This document shows, in pieces, positions 12,796-27,019 of a DNA stretch of 64,000 nucleotides. The notes under the pieces are model-generated. The model had not been told where the DNA came from. It was given only the letters and a program-made list of their open reading frames with translations, and did not search any database. The translations under genes and the position numbers were made by a program. Numbering within the stretch: position 1 is the first letter of the stretch; each line of letters opens with the position of its first letter. Origin of the DNA: Saccostrea echinata (lineage: Eukaryota); assembly GCF_033153115.1 (NCBI RefSeq), contig NW_026889764.1:9610001-9674000 (forward strand), in the 5' to 3' direction.

Positions 12796-13684
12796 ATCTA
12801 GATTTGATGCTTTACCTAAGCATTTAAGGAAGCAAAGACTTCATGAATATTTATTATCAAAAGGCAATTTCTCAGAATAAACGAAGAGAAAGTAATCTTC
12901 TCCATCAAACTAGTCGCAAAGTTACCGGTCATATAACAGGAGATTAAAAGGCATATTGAGTGCCTTTGGCATTAAGGTAGTATAAAACAGGAAGGCCAAA
13001 TATTTCCTTAAATTCTACGAAATTTTGATTTAAGATACAAAATTCCTCCTCATATATAATAGGAAATAAATTCAGTCACACATTGTTTTGATATATAGCC
13101 TATCAGACCCCTGTAAGAATAGGGTGAAATCATACATGAGAAAGTGCATTGTTTAAAAATAACCATTTGATGTATTACAAATGTGTGTGATGCTGTTTAT
13201 AAAGGTAAATTTTGTCAATATATTTCAGTAAAATATATTGAAAACGGAATATTTGAGTACAGTGATATATAAATAGAAACATGGCTCAGGAATTTCAAAT
13301 TCATACGGAAATATGCTACACTTTAAGACCTCTTTCGAAGAATATATAATTCAAATTTGATTTTATAAAAAAAAATCAACAGATTGATACTAATGGACCG
13401 AATATAAAATATGTCAAAATAAGGAAAATTGAACCATTGGTTTCAGATATTTTGGTGATTTAGAAAATTTCAATGTGAAAGAAATCAATAAATGACGTCA
13501 TAATATTTGTCCTTTGATCTCTAAATATGACCTTGAACTTTATTGTATATAGGACGTGGGGGCTTCTTATCATATATCTTATCATATATCCAAATATCAG
13601 GAATCGAATACAAAGAAATTTTATCAAAAGTTACACCCTATGTAGTAATAGACGGTTAGATCGCATGAACATGAAATAAATAGA

Positions 13685-13900
13685 CGCTTGTTAGACCATT
13701 TTTTCCATACTGAATTATTGACGGATTTTTCCGTATGCTTGATCTTGCATATGACGAGGAGCGGGTGTAAACGGTCGGCAGGGATGCTTACTCCTCCCTC
13801 TTATTGATCCAACCTTTGATGCTTTTAGAGGTCCGGACTCCCGTTTGTTTCAATGGACTTTAGAGCTTGATTACTATTCTTAATCTCTATATTCCACCCT
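13685..13900 (+). mobile_element. 3' end fragment of a Penelope-like element
   Basis: CATACTGAATTATTGACGGATTTTTCCG...GCGGGTGT..CGGTCGGCAGGGATGCTTACTCCTCC matches the 3' tails at 38500-38690 and 54380-54590. Confidence 0.7.
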
Positions 13901-14056
13901 AAAGGTAGGTTCTAGATTGTCCAATATATGGAATATTGATGACACACATTTGATTGGTTTTCATTCTTTTACCCTGCTGTGTTTTAGAAGAAGTAAAAAC
14001 TGATTTCACGGGTGTTGTACTACCTAAAGTAATCGCATTATTTACAATTGCCAATA

Positions 14057-14260
14057 CGAGGGTCGTTCAATAAATAATGCAATAGGTCATCTAAAAGTAG
14101 GAAAAGTGCGTAATACATACTAGTATTCTAAACATTCCCAAGCCTCAAAGCATTCCCTGTTATCCTTTACACATATCTTAAGTCTTTTTACCGATGACCA
14201 GAAAACCTCAGCATACCTATCTTAAGGGATGCCCCAAAGACACTGATGGATATTTTTCTC
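14057..14260 (-). mobile_element. Mariner 3' end fragment (same family as 10050-10787, opposite orientation)
   Basis: TA followed by TIR CGAGGGTCGTTCAATAAATAATGCAA. Minus strand reads KRLKICVKDNRECFEA. Confidence 0.65.
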
Positions 14261-15427
14261 CTAGAAAACTTTAAGAAAATAAGGCACATATCTGATAAAA
14301 ATATTATTATATTCATTTCCGTTGTCAGAATTGTATAAAATGTTATGACGGTGAAATACTTAGTATTCTAGCAATGTCTTTGGATGTATTCGGACATGTT
14401 CAGATATCATGTTGCACATTGCATCGATAAATTTTGGTGTCCCTACAAATTTTAATCGACCAGTTTGACTTTTATATTTTAACTCTCCTTTTTTTACTTT
14501 TGAATTTCTTAATCAATCTGAAAACTATACAGCGTTAAAGACAATTCTTTCAACTTATAAAAAATATCTTTAATATGAATTTTTCGGCAATTTATTTAAA
14601 GAAGCACAGTTTTTACATATTCTCTCATTTTCACCTTCTTGGCAGAGATCATTTTAAACAGTTTTCAGCTCAGTGTAGTGGCCATGCATACTTTAATAGT
14701 GAATTTCTTTGCACAGACAATAGGAAAATGGTGTTAGGGTCACTAACATGATTTACAGGTATGCAAATCAACGCAAGAGATTATGAGAGGTAGATTTACA
14801 TAACTTAAATAACTTTGTTCGTGAGGGGTAAAAAATTCTTTCAATCTCATTGTCTGAGGGAATCAAATAAGAAAGAAAAACATTCCGGAAGGAAAACTAA
14901 TATAAGCAAGAGTGTGTCAATGTGGGAAGGAAGAGGGTTGAGGGTAGAGACCGTAGAGTGGTTGCCGTTCCCTTCCTAGACAACTTAATATGTGTTTTGA
15001 AATGACCCATTATTGTCGTTTCATTAACTGTAAAGCTCAAAATTTTTATCGCAAAAGAGCTTCCGTATATTGTGCTATTGTAAAGGTAAGCCGTCCATTG
15101 TAAAAGTCAGCGCTTCTCGCAAAAGTCCATTATTAGTGAGTATTGGATCACAGACTTCTTGTTTCATTTGCATGTGTCCATCTGTATCCCTCCCTGTGAT
15201 AATGCGTCATAAAAAAAGGTGAAAAAAAAAATTTATATCCATGTACACTATTTCGAGATAATTAACATAAATATGTCAAGATGTTATTTATTTGCCTACT
15301 ACCTGCCAGCTTGGTGGATTCCAGCACTCTCTTGTTGTTCTTTACAGCAGTTAAACAATCATTTTATTTCTCTTTATAACATGTTATTTAGTAAATAAAC
15401 AATAGTCTATAAGATTTATTCCTTTAG

Positions 15428-15904
15428 CTCTCTTTTTGTCAAGGTTTTGTCCTGTTCCTTGTGCCTTTGTCGCCAATGATTTGCTCTTTTGAAAGGTAAG
15501 ATTATGTACCGTTTTTTTTTTTGAAAGATATTAGATTTTCATTTGAAGAAAAAATGTTATGCTAACTTTGAAAGTGTTATTAATTCGATTGTGTCAGTGT
15601 TGATGTTACAATGCAAGGAATTAAGGTATATCATAAATCATACATTCTGCATAAAGTCAGCATTTCCTTATAGAAAGAAAGTATATGTTAGGAGTAGTTT
15701 TTTTTCATTGATAATGAGCAAATCTAATAGATTGGCTAACAATCTGAAACAAGCTCCTGCTAAATATGCATGCAACAGTTATGGCCATTGTAATACAAAG
15801 GTCCTCACGTACTCCAGCTCCGAAATTTAATTGTTTTTTTTTTGTTTTTGTTTTTTTTATTATATGCAACCTCGTTACACGAAAATTCTTTTTTTAATAT
15901 TCTC

Positions 15905-15938
<34 letters not shown>

Positions 15939-18900
15939 AAAAGATAATAAACAAACACGTTCGTATATCTTTTAATTTTATTTTTCAGAAAAGTTTGTCT
16001 AGAAACGGTATTGAAGTTTGGGTTAAGTGATGTTGCTTGCAAGTTCAAAAAAAGTTATTTGGAGGCGAGTTTCCAGGGTATTGCTTTAAATTTTTAGGTA
16101 TTGTAATGGATGTATGATGAATTGAATAAAGAAATCGTGTCCTATGACGATGAAAGACAACTGTAATACAAATGGACCCTCTAATACCAAACGTTTTGCC
16201 CTTATTCAAGCCCTGTTTTTCTTTTAGAGCTACCTTTTGGAAGATTCCCTTGCAAAGAACAGTGTGCATTAAAAGTGGACTTGAATGACAAAAAGAGTGT
16301 TTTTAAAGTGAAGAACGTACACATTTTATTCAATAGGGATACATTAGAAACTCATCAGTGCCAATCTACACATGGAGTACATGGAGTTAATATTAAAGTG
16401 CATTGTTCCTCAAAAGACCTTAAAAGTATTTTATCATTTAGCAAGAAAAATTTTGGGTACCGTTTTCATAAGAAATTACGACTAAGACCAAAATATAATT
16501 TTTCAAATAAGCTTTGATTTTACATTAATTTGAAAATGGTTTTAATCTGTTTAAAAAAAAAAAAAACCTAAGTAAGATATTTTATGCAAGAAATCATTCA
16601 TTTTGTAAGATTTCACAATCAACTAAACTTTTTGGTCTTAGTTTTAAGCTTTTTTGTAAAACTGGCTCCTGTTGTTTATTTATTAAGGTTTTTTTAGTCC
16701 TATATTTATACAAGTACTCAAAAGAATCTCAATCAGAGTAAATATATCACATGTTAAGTGGCTCAAAAACATTGCGTAGTTTTTGATTTTGATAATAAGT
16801 TCTTCTTTCCATTAAAAACATATTTATACATTCCAATATCTTTTTGATATTATTAATTGTGATACGGAATGTATATGGTTTTGGAGGTTTTTTTTTCTAA
16901 AAACAATTTGAAAATACTGTCTTGTATATCTTATATATCAAGGAATACCTTTGATATATTTATCTTAGAAGTAAAAAAAAAAAGCTTTTTCTCTTGTAAT
17001 ATAGCTTGTGTATTATTAAAAGAATCATGATTGAAAAATATGCAATTTGCCTAAATAAATGAATCAAAATAATAAGGTTTTCCCTCCCTATTTTCTGTCA
17101 TATACAAATACAGTGTACTTAAAAAATACTAATTCGTTTAGATTATTTTGGACATGTCTGCTCAAACAATTCTGACATTTTGAAGCTGAACACAACCTAC
17201 TCTAAATTAGGAGAAATGGGAACATGTGCATGTAAGGATGGATTTATCCTAGTTAACGGTAGTTGCAAAAAAGGTATGTTATAATGCATATGTGAAAGTA
17301 CCTTGAGTTATATGTTCAATTACAGGTAATCGTGGATGTAAAGTGAAATCTAATGATATTTCAACAAAAAATAGACATTTTCAATCTAACACAATTGACA
17401 TACTCATACTTCCCTACTTTTCTCCAAAAGATGGTTTGGTTCTTGGTGAAAGCTGTTTTGTCGATAGACAGTGCTCTGGTTCAGCAAATTCCAGAAATTG
17501 TTCGAAGAATAAATGTGATTGCCAGTCAGGGTATTATAATAAAAGTTCACAATGTTATCCAAGTAAGTGGATTTTACATGCTATGAACAGTATTTATATA
17601 CGAATAACTATTGAGAAGGAATATGCTCTAAAAAGCTGGCGTTTAAAATAAAAGATCCATAGTTTGTTACATTAACTTAAAAGGTATTATACGCATGAGG
17701 AAATCTATAGCTTGTGATAGTCTTATTGAATATAAAGAAAGGAGCTGATATGATGATTTGTAATGAAATCTCATAAGTAGCTTAATCAAAATTCACTCAC
17801 ATATGCAATATTTCATTATTATTTTTTTTTTTATTTTTCACTAATCGTTGATATTATAAATAACCGTAAAGCATGAATAGATTTCAATATTAAACACATA
17901 CGTCGAAATTTGAATTTGTGGTGATATAAAAACTCACAGAATTAAAAATTCAAGTTCATGATAATATAAATTGGTCAGCCTTTATTTGTTAGATATCATT
18001 TCATAACAAACATTTCCCCTGTTCCTTAGAGAATTTTTACACATAGTAACATATCATTACAAACATTTCCCCTGCTCGTTAGGGAATTTTTACACATAGT
18101 AAATCGAGGTGAATCGTATCATCTGTGGTAATTTGGGAAACTTTTTTTTATTCTTGTACCTTTTTATGTAATATATGTTAGAAATAGTTAATTCCTCACT
18201 ATCATTGGAAGGAGCAAATTGTGAAAGACAATGCTCTTTATGTGACTAATATATGATCTTTTAGCTCAAGTGACGTTTTCTGATCAAAAAATTTGTCCGC
18301 TGTCTATCGTCATTGTCGTTGTGGGCACAGAATATTCATGAGAATATTACGATAGAGATGAGAGACGGAGATGATTACGGAATAGCAGCAAGTTTTGAGA
18401 GTTTTTCTTTTCAGATCTTGTAAAACAATTCTTTCTTAACTCTTTAGTACCAAAAACAGATATCCATCCAGCAAGGCACGCAAGTTTGTTCGGTCGAAGT
18501 CGAGTAAGTTGTTGAAAATCAAGTGCTGGACCTAACCACACCCCTTTCAAATATAGTAAATAATATTTGAAAAAAAATCAGCACGCCCTAAATTTCAATG
18601 AATCTGGTAAATAGGAAGTTTACATATATTTTTATCTCATAAAAAATCAGCTACAGACTAGTGCAAAAATGCCCGAATCGGGAAAAGAGATTCAAGACTT
18701 ATTTTGCGTCAGCCATGTTTTGGCGTGAACCTCAACTGAAATACTGTTTCGACACCTGAAGTGATCCTCAGATAGTTCAAAAAGGAAGGTTCACTTTATC
18801 CAAAAAATGGTACTGTCCATAAACCAAGTAATTGACCAAATCCTATTTCAAACCATCAATATAAAGTGCAGACTTTTTGCTTTCATTTCCTATAAAAAAA

Positions 18901-21900
18901 ATCTGATAGTCCAGGTATTAAAAACAGGCTATCTGAAATAGCAATGTTCTTGAATTTTGCAGAAAATAGACCTGTGTATTTGAGTATCTTCAACAATGAA
19001 CTAAAATATNNNNNNNNNNNNNNNNNNNNNNNNNNNNNNNNNNNNNNNNNNNNNNNNNNNNNNNNNNNNNNNNNNNNNNNNNNNNNNNNNNNNNNNNNNN
19101 NNNNNNNNNNNNNNNNNNNNNNNNNNNNNNNNNNNNNNNNNNNNNNNAAACAGTTCTTTCATGATATGTAAGCACATTTCGGATCAGAGGTTGGGCTATT
19201 TGCAGAATAATGAAAAACAACGTAAACTTTTGGTTGTTTTTGCAGAAATATTCAGGATTTTAGGATAACGACGTATTTCATGATTTTATAATGTAAAGAC
19301 TAGTGAGAAAACTACGTCATTTTTAAGATGCAGTCACTAAGGGTTCCAGAAAAGTTTAATGTATTGTGAACTAAAACGGAGCAGAGTTGATTTTCAGAAA
19401 ATCGCTGGGCCAAAAAAAAAATGCTATTAGTGAACCTTGATCTTTGTTTGAATTATGATCCTTTGGTATTTGGTGAGGCTACAATGGGCGATCAAAGTTT
19501 TACATAGAAATATACAGGACAAGAATCTGCTGATGAAGAACAAGAATGATCATGGTTTCAGACGTGAGCTTTTGGCAAAGGGACCTCTTTTTTCTCTGAT
19601 GCTGTATTTTAATACACGAAATCTTGTATTCATCTTTTAAAGGACATGCAAAACTGGGTAATGCTTGTGTTGACAATGAACAATGTTCTGAGACGACCAA
19701 TAACAGCTGCTGTGAAAATTCAACTAAGATTTGTAATTGCTGTCCAGGATTCTATGTGGATCAAAGTTTTACACATTGTAAAAGAAATAAGTGTAAGAAT
19801 TAAAGATGTGCTCAGAGTGTCACTTCATTTAATTTTCATTTGTTTCATTAATTTAAGAATATTATGAGGTGCTTAGAGAATCTTGTTAATTGATTATCAT
19901 CAGTAGGTAGAATGTTGGAGAAACTGTTCACATAACATGCCACTCAATTTCTTTTATATTGTTTTATTATTAATATAGGTGGAATGGAAACTACAACACC
20001 CAATACTCAGATTGCTACATCTGAACCAAATTCAGAACATCAATTATTTGGTAAAATAGGATATTTTTTTCTTTTTTTTCTTTTTTTTTTTTTTTGCTGG
20101 CTCTTATGTGCCTTTGGCTCAGATGAACTTTCCTGATCGAAATTTGTCCGTCATCCTTGTGTCTGTTTTCCTTTCTTATTATTTAGTTTTCCAGAAATTA
20201 AGAACACTTGCAAGAAGATAGTCTTGGATGAAGTGAAGTTTGTTCAAATAAAGGGTCATGCAGCTTTTTGAGTGAGAAAATAAATAAATAGTAAATTCAC
20301 GTAAACACGACTCTTTTCAATATCCAGTGGGTCAACATAAAATAAAAGCATGAGTTGGGAAGCGAAAGGGGGTTAAAATTTATTTATATATGATTCGAAA
20401 ATCTTTGAAAATATCACTTGAGAGCAACTGTGCCAGAATCATTCAAACTGATACACAAGCCCATCCATGTAGTTTAAAATCAAAGGGGGAGTTTCGATAA
20501 GGTCGCTCAACGGCCCACTTTTTTTCATAAAAATAAATTTCGATTTATTTTTTCAAAACTAGTTTAGAATTCAAGAAAAATATATTAACGTTTGTTATTT
20601 ACATTTCATAGGTTAATATGAGATGAATTCACAACGTAGCTGATACATACTTAGATGTACCCTCAGATCCGTTAACATTAGGCTTATGGGAAAATATAAG
20701 AGGGTGGCATTTAAAAATCGATGTTTAGAATATGAAGTGCATGAGGGACACTCACCTAATTTTTTTTCAGTAATTAGATATACTCTGCACACTAATTTCT
20801 TGAAATATGATGAGTGTCGCGTGTGCACTTCATATCCAAAAAATGAAAATTGCATAAAATTTGCATATCTAAAATTAGAAGCTCCTGGTTTCTTGATCTG
20901 ACTCTGTGTTAAAATACTAGGCCAAAAGTAGCATTTTCTTTAAATCAAAGAAGATTCTCGATTATATTAACAGTAGAAAACATTATCGTATCCTATCTTC
21001 ATTTCGACAGTTTTTTTGTCGCCAACGTATAACGTTAACGTCACATTTTTAGCTCACCTCCTTGAAGTTGGGGGAGCTTTCGTAATACCGTCGGCATCGG
21101 TGTTCCAGGTAAAGGTTTTTGAAGCAGATTTTTTTTTCAAGTATATCTATGCCCTATATTAATCAGAGTCACCTGATCCAGCGTGTTTCCTTGTCACCAG
21201 TCAGGTTTCAGATGCTGGATTTTTAGCCAAAGAATGTCCAAGTAAATGTTCTAAAAGCAGGTTTAAGTTTTTGGAGCAGAGCAGCTGAAAGCACTTGTTG
21301 ACCAGACTTGCTTTATGATGCACACTACTATATTGCTTCAGATGCTGGATATGACCTACATTTCATTAATAAGTGAGCAGGTTAAAGATTTTGAAGCGGG
21401 TCTCATTCTTATATAACTATAAGCCCCATCGTGACCAAACTTGCATTAATGATGCATCTAGGATTGCACATTACCAGATATGGTTCAGATGCTGCATCTT
21501 TCTGACATTTCCCTACTGACTGAACAAAAAATAAGTTTTAGAGCAAGTCCATTCCTTAACGTTATTTATCATGCATAGTTATATTTTTGACTTTCTTGTA
21601 AATAGAAATCCACGCTCCGACATGCTAGAGAGGCGCCCATATATTTATGTGTGGTTGATATAGGAAACGTGGCTTGTTTTAAGTCTGGATGTCTAGGGGC
21701 ATATGTCTGCTTGATTACGGATTAAACACATATCTTTGGCGTTTTCACATGTATTTCGAACTGCGCTCTGTTCTAGCAAATCATATATAATGAATTCTAG
21801 AACTCTCTAAATGAGAAGTGACTAGAAATGGTGTAGAAACTTAAGTATCTATGGAGATTTGAGAAGCGAGAGGAAATAAGTCCTGGCTGGGATTCTCTCA

Positions 21901-24900
21901 GTTATGCTGAAAACATAATGCAGATCTATGTTGGCAAATACTTATAAGTTTCATAATGAGAAGGAAAATTTAATGTATTATAGATTACGTATCATGATAA
22001 AATATTTTTGACTGTAATCAATATCATTCATATCATCAAATACATTGCAATATACAGAAGCCAGTAGGTGCAAGGTAAAAAAAATATGTTATCTGTCGGC
22101 CGCCAGATAAGTTTCTGCCATTGAAATATCTGGCGGCCGCCAGATAAAATTGTAGCGTTTTTGCCAATCAAGTTGTAGCACCCAATGATATACCTCAAAG
22201 CACTTGATTGACAGAGGTACACAGACCAGGTATTTTTGAAGGCGGTGCTTAAAATCTCTGCCTTTAAGGAGGCTGGGGGGTCAACAAATTAACCATCAGA
22301 TATAACTTATTTTTTTAGATATGATATCTTAAGCTGTCAACTATTAGTTGGCAAAGAAAAATTTCATACATTTTTGTTTTAAAATTTGATCATTTTTGTA
22401 TATCTTTATATGGAGCTCTTCTTCTGAAGGAGATCAATATAGTCTGAAAATGGCCACAACCCCCCCCCCCCCCGCCATATTAACGACATCTACAACTTCT
22501 CTTTGAAGTCAAATCTTGAAGTTTCATGCCTTATTAGCAAAGATAAAATCTACACTTCATACAAAAATTCACTTCATAAGGTCTTCACCTCATAACTTTA
22601 GATTTATGTTTTATTAGATTACATGTCTACACCGCAAGGAACGTAAGTTTCTGGTCGACGTCAGTCATTTATGTGGTGGCCGCAGGAAAACTATTTGGCC
22701 GCCGCCAAATATATTTTTCTAGCGGCCGCCGAATAGTTATGTGGCGGCCGCCAGCTAAAATATTTTTCTTACCTTGCACCTACAATGTACTGGCTTACCT
22801 AGCAATATGATGCTTTTAAGTAAACTTTTTATTCATGTATGTATATAAAATTGCATTTATTTTTTAATCTTTTTATTTCAAAACATGTTATTTAATTTCA
22901 ATTTTATGATATTAGGGTATATTTTTATAAAACATGTAGTTGTATAACCTTATTGATGAAAATGTAGTGCATATACCTGTATATGACGTTTTTACATTCA
23001 CCTATCTCATGTCTACATATCTTTTCATTTACATTTTTCGTATGGGAAAATGTTAAATATTGGTTATAAAGTTTATGTATAAATTGTCGATTAATTATGA
23101 TGTAAAATCTTTCTATGTATTTTACGTTTCATAAGTTAAATCCATCCTCTTTTAAAAAAAAAAGTAACATTTGACACACCAGAAAAATATCGCACCTTAA
23201 AAAAACATTCGCATAAGATAAACACCATTTTCCGTAAAAAAAAAAAAATGTTGAGATTGGTTAATTTATGTCTTTATTCATATTTATCCTTATTTCATTT
23301 ACGATTTTGACGGTTAAAAAATCCACTTTCCCCCTATGAAAATGTTTACTCCCAAAATATACGAAATGGGGGTATACTTAAATTTTCAATTATCACGTGA
23401 CCGGAAAATGCGTAACATAAATCATTTTCATATTTTCAGGAAGATTAGAAGTTTTTCTACAAAATATCAAAATTTCATAAAATTTCGTGAGGGGCCGAAA
23501 AACGGCCTTATCGAAACTCCCCCTTTGTTCAAACCATGGCCTTTGAAGTTAGGGTGAGCTCGTGAACAATAAGGCTTCTAAATTATAGAAAGGAAAAATC
23601 TGAATAAAAACATCAATACTGAGTAAAGTATCTTTGTGTAGTACGTGTAAACTGATTCAATTAGCTCAATTCATAGTCCTAGGAATAAAAATACCACGAA
23701 AGAGGATAAAAAGTTGCATGTTAAAGTAAGCGATCAGACACAATTGGTCAAATATACACGTTATCATACCAAAGTTTATCTTTTTCAAATCTTGACAGTT
23801 CACGATCTTCAGAGTCAGGAGGGGGGGGGGGGGGGCAAATAGACTGGTTTATGTTTCTCGTGTTTAGCTGATACCTTTTTTGTATGATATGCTAAAGAAG
23901 TAATTTTAGAAGAATTTATTGCCAATATACATTTAAGTTGACCCAATTCCATACTTCAAATTATAACTTTTAAAACCAATGCAGATAGCATATTTGATGG
24001 CATACTGGCGGGAGTACTATTAACACAAAAAACACATTATCATAGTGTTTTTAAAAATCCATATCTGATTCATTTGCTTGCAACTTTCTGAATCCAAGTG
24101 GTATTATTATTATCATTACAATTCCAAAATGATAGAAAAATGCTGATAGAGGTTTAAAATTATCGTACAAGAATAATATTTTCAATAAAGTTTCTTTAAA
24201 AATATGTTTTCGGGAAAAAACATTCAATTTCTCATATCAATTTGCGAGCATCCTTAAGTAGTGAAGGTTAATATGTCGAAGTGTCAGCACCTTTAGTCAA
24301 GTAAGATTTCAAATATTTACATAAACAAAAGCATGTAGACTGTCTTTAAAAGCAGGGGTAAAATTTGAGAAATTCATATTAATCATGGATAACACGTACA
24401 TCAAAATCATTACATTTTAATTAATGAATAATGAGTTTCATTATCTTTATAATTCTATATTTCTGTATGAAATGCATCTGAGTGTTTGGACCGTGGACCA
24501 ATTGTCCTAGTTTTTAGCCGCTTACAAATTGAAAATGAATTGCTTCCGCAATTTTTTTTATGTATGTTTATTTGAATTTAAATATGAAGATGTTACCCAA
24601 GAAACACTATTAGAGGGATCAAACACTGGAATCATTGTCACAGTTGGAGTTTGTTTTGGATGCTTTGTTCTTGGTGTGGTCGTCAGTCTCGGTATTGTTT
24701 TCATCGTTCTGAAATGTAGATCCCAAGGAAATCAAAACAAGTAAAATATAATTTCTTATGATGAATTTTATGAATAAAAAAGTTCTTAATTTAGTAATGC
24801 AATTGATTTTATCAATAAAATTCTAAATTTACAAGTTTACAACATGTACTCTGAAAAATGTGTAAAATATAAAAGTGTAAAATAAGTACAAGTTCTAACA

Positions 24901-25647
24901 GATTCGGAGCTTGTTCAGGAAGCAATAAAATAATAATATAATCATTAAAGTTTGATATTTTTATACTTTTTAATTTTTATGCAAAATATATAACTTGAAT
25001 TGTAAGAAGGAAAGTGGGACAATAGCAGTTCTCTAGTTTTGAGCAATATTTCTTGAAGAAAATGAAATTGTGTCTAATTATTGTTATAGTGATATAAGTA
25101 ATAATGTTGACAATCCGACATATAACAAACACATTGAATGTGGAGAATCCAGTCAAACAAGAAATAAGCCTGTTACGGTAGATATTTTACCTTTTATCAT
25201 GAGATTTTTGTGCTGGATATATCGAATGAAAATAAGAAGCTTACTAAGGTTTTAAATAAAGACTTTTATGTCATATTTATTTTCAGGAATAAAAGATTTG
25301 TCTTTTTTCATTATTTAAACAAATAGGTATCTTCAATGTCCATGGCTAACAAGAACACTGCTTATTCCAGCGTACAAATGTTTTCGGATATTAAAGGTGA
25401 TATCTACAACCATCTCCATGAACCAGTAACTAGTGCAGCTGCTTTAGATGACGATTACGACCATGCCAAGCCTTTGAAGAAACAAATTAATCCTGATAGC
25501 AATTATAGCCACCTCAGTCCAAAAAATAATTGGGTAGAAGATTCCAAAGACAATGATCCGAATAAAGACTTTCCGAAATCAGAAAGATCAGAAGAAAACA
25601 CCGATGAAAACACTGATAACTATTTTACTTTGGAAAAAATCAATTAG
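15428..25647 (+). CDS. Receptor A: type-I membrane protein with N-terminal Cys domain, 3 EB/EGF-like modules, Thr-rich stalk, TM helix and Tyr-motif tail. Exons 15428-15495, 15989-16077, 16228-16425, 17142-17273, 17431-17562, 19643-19792, 19979-20050, 24590-24740, 25090-25177, 25327-25647. Start-codon exon not located.
   Basis: All exons have AG/GT boundaries with compatible phases. Hydrophobic LSFCQGFVLFLVPLSPMICS, EB-like pattern C..D.QC....C....C.C..G[FY]....C, TM IIVTVGVCFGCFVLGVVVSLGIVFIVL, tail motifs DNPTY, TAYSSV, IYNHL, DYDH, SNYSHL, DNYFTL. Exon-by-exon homology with receptor B. Confidence 0.8.
17997..18102. repeat. Tandem duplication of a ~53-bp unit (intronic)
   Basis: ACAAACATTTCCCCTG...GAATTTTTACACATAGTAA occurs twice. 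Confidence 0.85.
18258..19592 (+). mobile_element. Degenerate Pearl/HINE-like element with a nested insertion (spans an N gap)
   Basis: 5' TTTTAGCTCAAGTGA..TTTTCTGATC..AATTTGTCCG and 3' CAG.CGTGAGC..TGGC..AGGGACCTCTT, the typical ends of bivalve Helentron-associated repeats. Confidence 0.5.
20485..23523. mobile_element. About 3-kb TIR element carrying nested insertions, inserted in an older HINE-like repeat in a receptor A intron
   Basis: Exact inverted repeat CAAAGGGGGAGTTTCGATAAGG (20481-20502) / CCTTATCGAAACTCCCCCTTTG (23506-23527). No clear TSD. Confidence 0.7.
22059..22796. mobile_element. Nested foldback MITE with GGCGGCCGCC subterminal repeats
   Basis: AGCCAGTAGGTGCAAGGTAA versus TTACCTTGCACCTAC..ACTGGCT, with multiple GGCGGCCGCC motifs in both arms. 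Confidence 0.65.
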
Positions 25648-27019
25648 CAGTTGGCAATGTTTGTCTCATTATACATGTATGTGTATATCAGAAAATGTTT
25701 GACAAAACAGTAATATTGTTATTAAAAACAAATTTTATTTTGTAATGAATTTTAATATATATTCTCTATTGACATTGAAAGACAGGTCTGTACTTAACTT
25801 TCCTTTGTCTTTTGTCTGATCTATATATTTAAAAAGTTTAGGCAAAAGGGTCATTTTTAAATGATGATATTCATTTCCAGCGCCAATTTCATCGCTTATT
25901 TTCATAAAAATATACCTTTTTAATTTCCTACCTAGGTTTCTTTATATGAAATATTTCAAGGAGAAAATGACATTGTCCTCGTTAATATGAGGAATGTGTC
26001 AAAAAAAGATAATTTGCTTTTTTTAACGAGAGGAATTCCTGTGGACTATCTCGGAAAGAATAAAACAAGTCCTGGTGGACATTAGTGAGAAAAATATTAA
26101 AAACTAGTGTATGATGCCCAATGAATGAATTGAGGCTGATGCTAATTTTAGTTATAGTTATGACTGAATGCTGGTACTGATCCGGACTTTTAGTCTAAAT
26201 TCAATTTTTATCAGTGGATAAATGTATGATTTCATGTACGAAATAATAGAATACGTGTATGTAAATGAACATATCTTTGGTTGACAACAGAATTTGAAAG
26301 ACTTGGAAAAGGGATGAAGTCTACCCGAGGGAATCACCACGATTGTCTACGATTGTGAATGATTGCTTTTTCGTCAGAACTTAAGCCCTTTTAAATTGAT
26401 AATATTCCCAAATTGTTAATGCTATATCAGCATTCTAGTTGAAATTTATATCTACAGTTGAGAAGAACAAAATGTAATTCCAAAATCTAACAAGGACATG
26501 CCGACATGCCTCTTCCTTGATGTCAAAATTAATGTCTTCGTGTGGGATTTATATACCATATACAGTATTCATATGAATGATTCTTATACTTCAGTCATTA
26601 AAATGTGATAGTACAGTGTACTTAAACGTTTTTTACTTTTTTTTTTTTTTTTTAAATTAAACTATAGATAAAATTCAACCACAAGTTTTAGTGAGCAATT
26701 GGATGGTGTAATTTCCTTAGTGTATTTTCATTGAATCTTTAATTTGAATTGATTGGCTATTTTCGAAATCTTTATTCAATGATTTGTTTCGATCATTTAT
26801 ATGAATTATAAGTTCCATGTATCTAAATAAGGCAGATCAGTATTGCGTTTGTAAGATTCCATCCATGCAGTTTGTATCATCTGCATCTTGTGTTACTGTG
26901 TATGTATTTTGTTTTTCATAAACCAACTATATGTTTTGTGTAATACTTATTATTTTAACTTGATACTTCATTGCATTTTTGTTGTTGAATGTCGCAAATG
27001 TTATCAAATAATATTAGTA

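Noticed and set aside
19490-19775. 15-nt identity GATCAAAGTTTTACA between an intronic repeat and the downstream exon
   Set aside because: Too short and AT-rich to support exonisation or conversion.
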